From Ostrea edulis (Eukaryota), in the NCBI RefSeq assembly GCF_947568905.1, contig NC_079172.1:38998001-39062000 (forward strand): 64,000 nt of DNA, written 5' to 3'. The notes under the pieces are model-generated. The model was not told the DNA's origin. It saw nothing but the letters and a program-made list of their open reading frames with translations, and did no database searches. Positions within the stretch are counted from its first letter, which is position 1, and each line of letters starts with the position of its first letter. The position numbers and the translations under genes are program-made. Shown one piece after another: positions 37,095-49,994 of the stretch.

Positions 37095-38876
37095 CTACTG
37101 CAGGGGACAGAGGGGGAATGGTCAATACTACTGTAGGTGACTGAGAGGGGGGGGGGGCAATACTACTGCAGGGGACTGGGGGGGGGTCAATACTACTGCA
37201 GGGGACAGAGAGGGAATGGTCAATACTACTGTAGGTGACTGAGGGGTGGGGGGTGGGGGAATACTACTGCAGGGGACTGGGGGGGGGGGGGGTCAATACT
37301 ACTGCAGGAGACTGAGGGGGAGTGGTCAATACTACTGCAGGGGACAGAGGGGGGAATGGTCAATATTACTGCAGGGGACAGAGGGGGAATGGTCAATACT
37401 ACTGTAGGTGACTGAGGGGTGGGTGGGTTAATACTAGGGAACTGAGGGGGGACCAATACTACTGTAGGTGACTGAGGGGGGGGGGGGGTCAATACTACTG
37501 TAGGGAACTGAGGGGGGGTCAATACTACTTTAAGTGACTGAGGGGGGGGGGTTCAATACTACTGTAGGTGACTGAGGGGGGGGGGGTCAATACTACTGTA
37601 GGGAACTGAAGGGGGATCAATACTACTGTAGGGAACTGAGGGGGGATCAATACTATTGTTGGTGATTGAGGGGGAATCAATACTACTGTAGGTGACTGAG
37701 GGGGGACCAATACTACTGTAGGTGACTGAGGGGGGGTCAATACTACTGTAGGGAACTGAGGGGGGAATGGTCAATACCACTGTAGGTGACTGAGGAGGGG
37801 AGGTCAATACTACTGTAGGTGACTGAGGAGGGGGTGTGTCAATACTACTGTAGGTGACTGAGGGGGAATGGTCAATACTACTGTAGGTGACTGAGGGGGG
37901 GGGGGGGGTCAATACTACTGTAGGTGACTGAGGGGGGTGTCAATACTACTGTAGGTGACTGAGGGGGAATGGTTAATACTACTGTAGGTGACTGAGGGGG
38001 AATGGTCAATACTACTGTAGGTGACTGAGGGGGGGGGGGGGGGTCAATACTACTGTAGGGAACTGAAGGGGGATCAATACTACTGTAGGGAACTGAGGGG
38101 GATCAATACTATTGTTGGTGATTGAGGGGGGGGGGGGTCAATACTACTGTAGGTGACTGAGGGGGAATGGTCAATACTACTGTAGGTGATTGAGGGGGAG
38201 TGGTCAATACTACTGTAGGGAACTGAGGGGGGATCAATACTATTGTTGGTGATTGAGATGGGGGGGGGGGTTCAATACTACTGTAGGTGACTGAGGGGGG
38301 GGGTCAATACTACTGTAGGTGATTGAGGGGGAATGGTCAATACTACTGTAGGTGACTGAGGGGGAATGGTCAATACTACTGTAGGTGACTGAGGGGGTGG
38401 GTCAATACTACTGTAAGTGACTGGGGGGGGGGGGGGGGGTGTCAATACTACTGTAGGTGACTGAGGGGGAATGGTCAATACTACTGTAGGTGACTGAGGA
38501 GGGGGGGGGGGGTCAATACTACTGTAGGGAATTGAGGTGGGATCAATACTATTGTTGGTGATTGAGGGGGGGGGGGGGGTCAATACTACTGTAGGTGATT
38601 GAGGGGGGGAATGGTCAATACTACTGTAGGTGACTGAGGGGGGGGTCAATACTACTGTAGGTGACTAAGGGGGAATGGTCAATACTACTGTAGGTGATTG
38701 AGGGGGGGGGGGGTGGTCAATACTACTGTCGATGACTGAGGGAGAATGGTCAATACTACTGTAGGTGACTGAGGGGGGGGGGGGGGGTGTCAATACGACT
38801 GTAGGTGACTGAGGGGGGGGGTCAATACTACTGTAGGGGACTGAGGGGGAATGGTCAATACTACTGTAGGTGACTG
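37095..38876. repeat. G-rich ~30-39-bp minisatellite (1.8 kb)
   Basis: GGGGG(AAT)GGTCAATACTACTGTAGGTGACTGA with variable G-runs. Confidence 0.97.
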
Positions 38877-38937
38877 CATGACCAGAGAGCTACAATGTTT
38901 ATCAAATCACCAATAAAGAAATTGTAAATGATCAGAC

Positions 38938-39027
38938 CGGGGGTGGCCTCCCAGACTTCGGTGCATCCCCATCAGGAATCGGCAGCTGTCTTCGAGGTTT
39001 ATTCATCTTGCACAGTTGTCTCCTTCC
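38938..39027 (-). CDS. Exon, probable first coding exon (GRRQLCK-MNKPRRQLPIPDGDAPKSGRPPP); candidate ATG at 39006
   Basis: Acceptor ttgtag, donor gtctga, 90 nt, phase 0 at exit, Pro-rich, GC-rich against AT-rich flanks. Confidence 0.7.
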
Positions 39028-39071
39028 CTACAATTACAGCAGACAGTGAAAATCAGCAGTTGTTAAAGTTC

Positions 39072-39166
39072 ACATCTGATTCACCTACCCATTAATATAT
39101 CAACATGCAACAAATATACATCTGATTCACCTACCCATTAATATATCAACATGCAACAAATATACA
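39072..39166. repeat. Exact 46-bp tandem duplication
   Basis: ACATCTGATTCACCTACCCATTAATATATCAACATGCAACAAATAT x2. Confidence 0.9.
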
Positions 39167-41238
39167 ATTTCTAGGTTATATGATAATACACTTTTATAAT
39201 GTTTATTGCGTAAAGAAATGAATCACAATCTCTAATTAAAGAATTATGGGAATTACTTGCACGACATCCTTCCTCAAAATTCTTATTTATAACTTATAAT
39301 GATTAAAAATAACATGACTAACAAAATCTCCAAGAAATATGCATAATTTGTTATATAATGATCATAATAATTCCCTACTTGTTATATAATGCACATCCAT
39401 ATAATATTTTGTTCTGATCATCTCGTTTAATGTGCACACTTGATCACATTGTCTTCTGAAGAAGTGCAGTCAATGATGCAATTCAGAACAAAAAATCTAT
39501 GCATGCAGTTCATTGCATAAATGTTCACGAACCCTGATGCTGTTGTTGAAATAAAAGGACTTTGTGATTTTGCTGCATTTGATCCAATGAGTTGGGTTTT
39601 TTGTGCTATGATTGTTTATTTTCATTTTTGATACAATGTGTGATGCCTGTATAATATTTCTGTCTATCAAGATAAAGCATGTCTGTGTTGTCTTAATTAA
39701 GGTAGGTCCCTAGTCCTGGACCTACTTGTGATTTCTCAAAAATTTGAGTTTAAATACTTAGATTGTTCATTTGAGGGTATGATAAAAACAAAAAAATGGG
39801 GGGTTGTCAGTATAATGAGTAAATTATGGTATTTTTATTACGTGTACCCCCATTTGTCAAACGGCAATATCAGAATTCATTGAAGAAGTCCTAGAATATG
39901 TCCATAAAATTTTGTTTGAGGTATGATGTTGCAATTTTTTCCCCTCAAATATGAAATGAATATGTTTAACTAAATAATTAAAAGTGAAATTTTAACACAG
40001 TTTCATGTTTTTTAATAATGGTGGTACAAAATTGAACTCAATACAGGCCCTCAGCAGTCAAAAATACGGCACTGCAACACCACTAATATGAATATTTTAA
40101 AAATTTGACTTGTGATTTTTCATTCAAACTCACATATTATGTCCATATATGAATGCTTGTTAAAATACATTTAAAAAATCTGCCCTTTCTCAGCATAATA
40201 TTTTCACAGCATCTCAATTTATATTTACATTTTTTGGCCAAAATAGCCATTTTGAAGATGATTTTCACATAATAGAATATAACAAATATATAACAAGATA
40301 ACTAATATATAACAAGTGCAGAATTGTTTTATTTAATTTCACAAGTGCATTATCGCATATCATGAATTTTTTTTAATTTACAGATAATTTTAACATGTAA
40401 TACCCCTGTATATCAATTAAACAAATATGTACCTCTGGTTTTATGTGTGAATTAGATGACATAAAATGGAAAGAAGATTGGAGCCATAGTCTACTCAAAT
40501 ATAAGTGATTGAGTGTTATTGTATTCATTTTACTAAATTAAAAAACATCCAGGTAAATGTAAAAATACGTTTGATAATAATAGTACGTGAACCAATACCA
40601 GAGTTCGATTCGGACATGACGTCATGCTACTAGACCCCTACTTTAAGGCATCAAATGTATCACTGCAGCACACTATAGCTAAGTTCACATTGAATCACCA
40701 GGATGTATGCTGTTATATGCATGACACAATATCTGACTCACTTTCTCCCAGTCCCATGTTACACTCAGGGGGTTGGTAGATTATATATTAGGAAGTGAAA
40801 CAATGTACTAGGGAGATATAATTATTATATCGCTAAAAGCATGATCGTTTGACGATAATATAAACTTTATTTCAAACTAATTGTGATTGACACAAAATTA
40901 CGCACAATAAACAGAACTGGTAAAATCTGTAAAAAATTTAATTATTCAAATAATTAGGAAGGCTGATATTCATAAAATGTGGAAGATCAATGTAAAATGA
41001 AATGCAAAAATAAGCACTGTAATCTCACAATATCTGCTCACATGTTTTGTTTCGATTTGTGTATAAATGCAAATTAGCTAGTTCAGCTGTCATATAAAAT
41101 TGAATATATGAATATATAGACAAACTGGAGAGAGAGAGGGAGAGAAAGAGAGGATGAGAGAGAGAGGGGGAGAGGGAGGGAGGAGAGATGGAGAGAGAGG
41201 GGAAGAGACAGACAGACAGAGAGGATGAGAGAGACAGT

Positions 41239-41291
<53 letters not shown>

Positions 41292-41956
41292 TTGTAATTG
41301 AAAGCATTTTTAAAGTTGGTTTTTTTTGCCAAGCATGCACCAACAGTATTACCTACCTTTTATGCATCTGTGTTTTGCATTAAGTAATATGAATCTTATA
41401 AATTTTATGCTCTTTGCATATTTCATTCAATCAGTATACCATTGATAATGATTTCTCTATCTTTACACATTCTAATTAATACATTTGTATATACTTATAT
41501 TCACTGTAAATACTAATTACATATACATATGGAAGCATGTAAATAAAAACTTTTCTTCACAAATTTTTCAAATCACCCAAACCTTTAGAAGGTTTTATTA
41601 ATTTAACAAAATGTTTATAGTAATTTTGAGCATTGCATGGTGTTTCAAAATGTAATTTCGCGTGTTTCTCACACACACACACACACACATGTATATGTAT
41701 ATATATATATATATATATATAACAGTGTCCCCTTACATACTAATATATTTAACAATAGAATACTCAAATTATACTCAATCAATATAAAGTCTCCACATGA
41801 GTGAAAAAATCTCGAGAGAGAGAGAGAGAGAGAGACTTTAAACAATATAGAATCAATCAATCAATATAGTGGAGATATATGGTAGGCATCTAGAGTTTGT
41901 GTATCATTATGAATTCATGTCAGCTTTAATCCTTTTTAATACACTCCATCCCTCAG

Positions 41957-42297
41957 ATTGGTCTGTTGTTTGTTTGACATCTTGTCAAGAATTTTTCACT
42001 CCATATTGAAATGTCACCAGCTGTAGGTGAAGTATGATCATAAATTCAGACCTATGTTTATAGCGCTCAAAGCCATAGCAGTTAGGGTTCTTTAGAGTGC
42101 CAACGCCTGCTGCGACACTGAGGACCTCCGTTTTCAAGGTCGCAGACATGTATCCGAAAGACCCGTGAATCTCAATTCTATATGCTGAGTGTTTGGCAAA
42201 GAAGCAATCATTAACTATATTGTTAACATCCTAGGTTTGACGTGACCATGACACGAGTGGGGCCCAAACTCTCGACCTCTTGGTTATGAAGTGAACA
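41957..42297 (-). mobile_element. Diverged SINE, related family
   Basis: Reverse-strand match to the same body (AGAATTTTTCACTC, GGGTTCTTTAG, CCGTTTTCAAGGTC). Confidence 0.65.
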
Positions 42298-43027
42298 GGA
42301 TGATACATTATTTTCTAATGTACCGGTAATAGTCCAGTCAAATTAAAAATTTAACTTTACCTAATTGCAACAGAATTTTTATTAATACAGACATGATGTA
42401 TAAGTAAAAAGGAATATCTGATCAAAAATCCACCGATTTCTATCGAGCCGTTTCAGAGAATTCAAAATAATTATTTCGCGTAATATTTGTTCAAAACCGA
42501 TGTCCTGAGTGATATTCCATACTTGATTTTCCATTGCGACGTCATGAGTGTATGACGTAAACAATACATGAAATGATAACAATGTACGGAGATAATGCAT
42601 AAAATGCCGATTCCTTTGAGTGTTCCTCTATATATTGCATTTCTAACAGGTAAGTAAACTTACTATCAATCAAATTTTCACAAATTGCCTTGATTACACC
42701 AAATATTCACTCAAAAATTCAATGTAATTGCAGATTTTATTCTCGTATTTACATTAGGCCAAATGCATTTACAATACAACTTAGAACGTTGTAATGTATT
42801 TTGTTGTCTCATATCTAAGATAAACAAATAAATAAAACGTTTATTTATGCATTATGAATGCAAATACGTAACAATGATGAAGCAATACAGTATTTATGTC
42901 CATGCCGTTCTGGTCAATTTTTCAAAGTATGGAACGCCGTTTATGTTAAAATGTTAGCATTTTAAAGGAATGTGTTTTTTGGTTTTTTTTTAAATTTTAT
43001 CAATACCTAACGATATTTTTCAGCTAT

Positions 43028-46000
43028 ATGGCATCAACTGGAGAATTGTGCATCATTTGCTGTGAAACTGTGCCTTGTTCAGAACGACAAATTTTGACGG
43101 AAGTCAAGAGCGTCAAGGAACAATATTTTCCAAACCTGGTGATGTAGTTCATCAACAATGTAGAAGGAATTTTACAGATAAAAGAAGAATTTTACAAGCT
43201 AAAAGAAAACAAACATATGAGACAGACAATATGGATGCAGTGGAGCTACGATCCAAAAGCATTTTTGACTTCAAAAATCACTGCATATTTTGTTGCAAGC
43301 CAGCCAAAGTTAATAAGCAGAAACGGGGAAATGACGTTTATCCTGTTCGAACTATGGACTTTCACAGCAAAATATTACAAGTATGCATTGAACGAAATGA
43401 TTCATGGGGAAATCAAGTCAAAGGTCGCATACATTCTGTGAATGATTTACATGCGTCAGATGCGATATATCATCAGCCTTGTAGCATCAATTTTCGGACA
43501 CTGAAACAGCTTCCAGTCCACAGCTCTTTTGAAGAACCACGTCGGAAGAGGCGCTCTCTTGGAAGTCCTGTGAAAGATACTTGTAAAATTGCGTTTGAGG
43601 AAGCTATGAAATATTTTGAGGAAAATGACGATGAAGAAATGACAATTGACGAATTAGTAAGAAAAATGTCTGAGCATTGTAACGATCCGTACTCAGTCAA
43701 ACATATGCGTCAAAAATTGAACGAAAGATACGGCCAAAATATCATAATTACAAGTATCAATGGTAAGCCAGATGTTGTCACTTTTCGCTACACAGCCAGA
43801 TATATTCTGCACGAATTTTTCAGAGAATCCAAAAACGGAGAAGCAGAAAACAAAGATGCTATTATTAAAGCTGCAGCGAAAATAATACGATCAGAAATTA
43901 AATCAATGAGTGTATCAAAACAAGCATATCCCAAGCCATCAGAAGTTGAATGCCTTCAACAAAACCTTAGTTTTCTTCCAGGTGGACTTGGGGCTCTTCT
44001 CCAAGGAATTTTCTCAGAAGAAAAACATCCGTTAAAAATTGCTTCAATTGGACAAGCTATTATTCAAGCTGTGCGCCCAAGGGTGATTATAGCACCATTA
44101 CAGTTGAGCCTATCAGTACAACTACACCAACATTTTGCTTCAAAATACCTTGTTGACACTCTCAACAAAATGGGATTCTGTTCCTCATACAGTGAAGTGC
44201 AAAAGTTTGAGTCCTGCGCAGCTCTAGTTGAAGGGAACTCCCGATTTGATATACCTGCGGAGTCTTGTATGCAATTTATCGCCGATAATGTTGACCATAA
44301 TTCTAATACAATAGACGGGGGTCACAATACATTTCATGGTATGGGGATCATGTCAACAGCCACCCCAGGTTTCTTCAACAATAAACGTGTTCCTAGAGTC
44401 GATGTTTCAAGATTTAGGAACAATCGACATAAAAATCTACAGGAAAGCTTTGGAGTTGCAAGAAGTGAAATTTGACGAGCTTCAAAGCCTTCGGCACATC
44501 GACAAGTATCATCACTTGGATGTCTTATCACGGATAATTAAACCACTAAAGTCTCCAACGCCATCATGGTCAGGATTTATGCAAATGTTGCACAAAGGTG
44601 ATCATCCCGGAAAAACATCAATGGTGTTTTTTCCAATGATAGATTTGGAACCTGGAGATATGTCCTGTATATATTCAACATTATTGTTTGTCACAGGTGA
44701 AGCCGAAAAATACGCAAGAGTTCCAATTGTCACGTTTGACCAGCCACTGTACTGGAAATCTGTTATCATAATCAGAAATGAATCAAAAGATCATGTGCTA
44801 CGAAACATCGTATTACGCCTCGGTGGGTTTCATTTACAGATGAGTTTTCTCAGGGATCCATTGGTCATTTGATGGCAGGTTCGGGTCTAGAGGAAGTCCT
44901 TGAAACAGTATATGCTCCTAACGCAGTTAAACATATGCTCAATGGTAAAGCGGTATCAAGAGCTCTTCGTGGTCATTTTTTAGTGGAATCCGCCCTTAGC
45001 AGCATCGTGATCAAAAAAGCCTTTGGAATTGCTGAAGATCTACAAAGCAGTGACACTTGTAATTCAAACAAGGACCTCAAAGAAGTGTAAGATATATATG
45101 AGGACCTTCTGAAGGGGAACATAACAATCGTTGATGCTGTACGTAATACAGTTTTTGATAGAATAGAAAGTGTACTCTCCAATTATAAGGATTTACTATC
45201 AGAATGCAGAATGGCAAATTTATGGTTCCAGTATCTTGAAATGATTGATCTTGTCCAGAAATTTATCAGAGCGGAAAAAACAGGTGACTGGCTGCTTCAC
45301 TTAGACACCGTTCAAAGAATGCTGCCATATTTTGCCGCTTCTGGACACAATTTGTATCTTAAATTAAATCCACTTACATCTACCTTTCCGATATGCAGAA
45401 GCTTCAATCATCACATCCCTTGATATATGAATCTTTCTTGTCTGGGAAACATGTGATAAGAAGATCAGATCGTTTTTGGGCCGGTATCTGGACAGACCTG
45501 ACAATTGAGCAAGTTCTCATGAGAAGTCTAAAGACATCTGGTGGTCTCACAAGAGGGCGAGGTATAACAGAGTACCAACGAACTCTGTGGGTCTTATCTT
45601 CTCCCTTGTGTGCCGAATTCAGAGATGCGCCATCGCTACTATCTCTAAATAAATGTTCTACATTCGTACTTGATGGAGGATCTCTGCTACACAGGTTTAA
45701 CTGGCCACAGAAATCAACTTTCGAACAAATACTGACGATCTACGTGCAATATGTCACCCACAAATTTACAAATGCCTGTGTTGTATTTGATGGCTACAAC
45801 AACGCACAATCAACCAAGGATCTCACCCATCAGAGAAGATCAAAGGGTTTACAGTCTAGGAAGACTATATTCAGCGAATCTACTGTATGCACCGCGAAAA
45901 GAGAGCATTTTCTGTCAAACAAAGAAAACAAGAAAACATTTATTCAAATGCTGTCTACAAGACTCCGAGAAGCCGGTTGTGAAGTAATACAATCTGAAGC

Positions 46001-46826
46001 AGATGCAGACCGTACTTTGGTTTTCACAGCTCTTCAGAAAGTGAGAACTCAGTCCGTTGCTTTAGTTGGCGAGGATACTGATTTGCTCATACTATTACTT
46101 TATCATGTAGAGCCTGATATCGAAAAGGAGTTATTCTTTTATTCCGACAAGCAAATGAAAAACCATCGGATTTGGAACATATATAACACAAGACAGATTC
46201 TTGGAAAAGACCTATGTCAGTGTCTCTTAGTGATGCACGCTTTGACGGGATGTGATACAACATCCCGGCTGTATGGAATCAGTAAACATGTCACACTCAA
46301 GAAGATGAAGGCAAATTTATACTTTTATATAACAGCCAGTAAGCCTTTCCTAGATAAATTTGCCTCTGTCACTAAATTGGAGCAAGTTGGAGAGGAGATG
46401 TTGGCGTCATTGTATGGGGCATTACGAGGAGAAGGTTTGGATATTTTGCGATTCAGAAAATTTGTTACCAAAATGTCAAAGGTAGAGAAACATATTGATG
46501 TACAAAGTCTCCCACCTACTTATGAATCTGCAAAGCAACATGTATATAGAGCGTATCATCAAGTACAACAATGGATAGCAAACGACTTGGACGCGACAAA
46601 ATGGGGATGGAAATTGAATGACACTGGTTATCTTCTACCGATTAAGACTAAATTGGCACCAGCACCGTCCGATCTTCTGAAAATAATTCGTTGCAATTGT
46701 CAAAGCAACTGTGACTCAAAGCGGTGCAGTTGCAGATGACACGGAATTAAATGTTCAATTTGTTGTGGAGAATGCCGTGGTACAAGTTGTACGAATGCTG
46801 AACCTTGCCATGATGATGATGACTAA
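43028..46826 (+). pseudogene. Broken Academ protein: N-terminal Cys/His region, DDE-like core, PIN/XPG-FEN1-like nuclease, Cys-rich C-terminus
   Basis: Track ORFs 43075, 44336, 44869, 45211 and 45393 join into one protein. Motifs: DLHASDAIYHQPC, FIADNVDHN, TFDQPLY, RLGGFHLQMSFL, LDGGSLLH, VFDGY, GEDTDLL, HALTGCDTTS, CNCQSNCDSKRCSCR*HGIKCSICCGECRGTSC. At least six frameshifts, stops or deletions. Confidence 0.85.
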
Positions 46827-47237
46827 TTTATCATTCAATTGAATATTTTTTGTATACATGAATGATGAACTGAACACGTGAGATGGTGGTGATCATCATT
46901 CACTAGCATTATAAATGCTGCACACATGTTTAAACAAGCCATAAGTTATTACTGAAATAACTCAATATATTGATATTTGTATTGTGAATTAAACAAGAAA
47001 TCTATTAGTGAAAATATACATGTACTTTGTATGGATTATGATAATAACGATGATGTGTCAGATGATGCTTAAACATAATGATTTGTGTGCTGAATTACGC
47101 TTTCAAATGAATATTTTTCTTTTATCTTTATTGATGTCAACTTCGCTTTCAAAACAAAGTTAGTATTACACCAACCCCCTATATTCATGCAAGATTTACT
47201 TGAAAAGTACTCGGAGAATTTTGGAAAATAGATTATT

Positions 47238-47261
47238 AGTTATTGATATTTAAACAGGTAG

Positions 47262-47315
<54 letters not shown>

Positions 47316-47561
47316 CCAAATAGAAAGAGTTGATATCACAGAGTCAAAATAATTCAATAAAAAAAGCAGGAAAATATACAGTTCCAAAATATATTTAAAT
47401 CACTAGCGCTTTCTGGATTTAAATTTATTTAAAATTTGTATTCACCTGAGGATGGATGTTAAAATCCAGAAAGCGCTAGTGATTTAAATATATTTTGGAA
47501 CTGTATATTTTCCTGCTTTTTTTATTGAATTATATATCTACCTGTTTAAATATCAATAACT
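47238..47561. mobile_element. Foldback MITE nested in the 3' region of the Academ element
   Basis: Long near-perfect inverted arms (…AAAAAAAGCAGGAAAATATACAGTTCC…GCGCTTTCTGGATTT and its reverse complement) around a ~45-bp spacer. An (AT)n tract interrupts the left arm. Confidence 0.7.
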
Positions 47562-48694
47562 GTATGTCACTCTAGTACTTTATACGATATTTTATCTGCC
47601 TTTCATGTTTCGCGTCTTCCAAAATGTATGGAAATCGACAAACCTGAGAACGTATATATCCATGAATGGCGATAAAATACCATTTAAGCTACCCATTTTC
47701 AAACTAGAATTACCCGAAAAGTGCTCGGTGGATTTCAGTGGATTTTGGAATATATATTGTCTAGGGTCTACCTGTTGATGCTCTGTAATCAGAATTTCTG
47801 TTGCAATTAGTTCAAGGTTGACCCCCAATATCCACTATTTTGTCTGGACTATAAACTCTGAATATATACATGTAATATAAATGTACTCGCCAATAATTTC
47901 CAACCAATTTAAAATTCAGATCCATTTATAAATGCATGTGTGAGTGTCTAAATATGACGGGTACATAATGATACTGTAAACAACATATATTAATTTGTGA
48001 CGACTTTATTTTGTGATTTACCAGTGAAAACCAGTAATTTTTGTGACAGAGATTTAATCTTGAACAAATACAATTAAAAACAGTAAAGATGTGCTTTATG
48101 GTAAGAAATATTTGTAAATATGTTTTTGCGAACTTTGCGACAATAACAGCTGCTTTACAGTATGCATAAATATAAAATGAATTGCGCTGCTTACATGTAT
48201 AATTCATTTTGATCAGAATTGAAAATTTCCAAAATGTAAGTATTAAACATGATACGAAATAATAGGGGTTATATTCAAAGCAGACTGTCCCCTCACATTA
48301 CATGGCATATTGAACCCTAGATTGTTCCCATTAATGACCTTTTTTTTTTTACTTATATATACATTAAAAATCAATTAACATGTAAAAAATACAGGTTTTT
48401 ATCATGAAATTGTGCATTTGATATTATGTAGCAGGTTTGAATGAAAGATGTCATTCAAATACACTAAATATCTTGCACATGTAATTTTGAATTATACTAA
48501 GCTGCATTAACAATTTCAGTGACCTCAATCTTTGACATTCGATCATCCTTGAAAATTGATATAAACTAAATATGAAATATATGTGCAAGTCAATTAGTAT
48601 ATTCCTGCTAGTGCCATTGAAATCAGATACAGCAAACAGTCACACAAAACCTAGATGTACAACAGCTAGCTGAGCTTATTCAGGTTTTCCTTAC

Positions 48695-48765
48695 CAGTGG
48701 CCTTGACCGAATCACTTTAATCTTAAAAACCTTATGTGTAAGCATACAGGATCTGCAAGTTCAAA
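48695..48765 (-). other. Candidate 5' UTR exon of the adaptor gene
   Basis: Strong-looking acceptor (tgtttttgctttcag) and donor (CTG|gtaagg). All three frames are closed. No transcript evidence. Confidence 0.25.
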
Positions 48766-49994
48766 CTGAAAGCAAAAACAAACGACAACATCTACCACCA
48801 CCAGCGGTACACAAGGAAAGAATTAATTCCCCTTCAGTGACCTTGTGTATATATTTGCCAGGTCTATGTAAATTAAATTACCTTCTTAATATTTCCCCCT
48901 GGTAATGTAATTTGTATCTTCCTGTTTCTCTAAGATGAGGTTGAATTTGTTTTCACACTGATCTACTTATGATATACTCAAACTAGGAAGGAGGGGCATC
49001 ATCATGCAATTAGTACATGTTAATGTTACAATGGTAAACAGATGATTTAATGTGCTGTAGGTAGACATTTAAACAACTGATTGTATATTGTGTCTAAATG
49101 TAATTGTTTGTCAATCAGCTAGCAGATCATAAAGGGAGTTAACTCCTTAGCTTTTGAGCACAACTGCGCAGACTGTGCTGTAACTGTGTAGAGATTGGTT
49201 CAATACTGCTGATCTCATTAGTCCAAAATATTATACATGTATATTCCTTAAACCTATCCAGTTAAGAAATTTTGTGTCAATTAAAATTTTGAAAGGCTTT
49301 TGCAGAGATTATATTTTCGGGCGGAAGGATTGCTTTAAAGTTCTAAATCTGCATGATTTTACAGATTCTGTTTTATCCAATATATCGTCAATATATATAT
49401 TTATTCCTCTATATTTGTATTTCGTTCAATTTTGTAATTTAAGACACAAGTAGCAAGTAAACTGTGAGATTTAGAACTAAATTGTGTCAATTTGTATGAC
49501 ATTTTTTCAAATTGTGTCAATTTGTATGACATTTTTCCAAAGGGAACACAGATTATTCAGAATGTCTCAATCAAATTACCCAAAATTTGGTACAAATAAT
49601 TCAGTATTTTGGCCTATAATTTAAAAATTTGATCTAAAACTCCCACTTTTTAAATTCATTTTAGAGACTGTAATTTATGTGTAATTCTAAAAATTTACAG
49701 TACCCCTAATTCATGTGTTCTATTAAACTCTCAAATTTTATATTATGATTTTTTTCCTATATATCTTGTGCAAAAAGGTCATTATTTATTTCAAATCATC
49801 TAGTATAAAACTTTGTATATCCATATTTTTAAAAGATTATGACCCCTGAGTTGTTTTTTTGTTGTAGTTGATTTCCTATAACTCCCCTTCAATGTAGAAT
49901 TCGAAAATATACTTCCTCAAAAATTTACAATACTACAAAACTCATGTGCGAACTGCTTTTGGATCTGATTTTAACTGAACAGGTTTTTGATCAC

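Larger units (their letters stand above)
523..39027 (-). other. Multi-exon gene span: proline-rich, acidic-tyrosine adaptor-like protein (about 430 aa visible); 3' end probably outside the window
   Basis: 12 exons with AG/GT boundaries and compatible phases join into one Pro-rich frame, apart from one +1 frameshift in exon 23144-23234. The product has 12 acidic Tyr motifs and a WH2-like motif. No folded domain is visible, so no gene symbol is assigned. Confidence 0.85.
42330..47851 (+). mobile_element. Academ-type (AcademX-like) DNA transposon, decayed
   Basis: Termini TAGTCCAGTCAAA (42330) and TTTGTCTGGACTA (47851) are inverted. Imperfect inverted similarity continues inward (CTAATTGCAACAGAA, AAATCCACCGA). 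Flanked by a TAA/TAA 3-bp duplication. Internal transposase-XPG coding remnants. Confidence 0.8.

Noticed and set aside
37226-38649. Pro-rich minus-strand ORFs (PPQSPTVVLT)n that could pass for part of the adaptor
   Set aside because: Variable G-run lengths break the frame every few units, and the flanking real exons already join in phase 0
41083-41860. SLSLSL and CVCV ORFs
   Set aside because: (GA)n and (CA)n microsatellite translations
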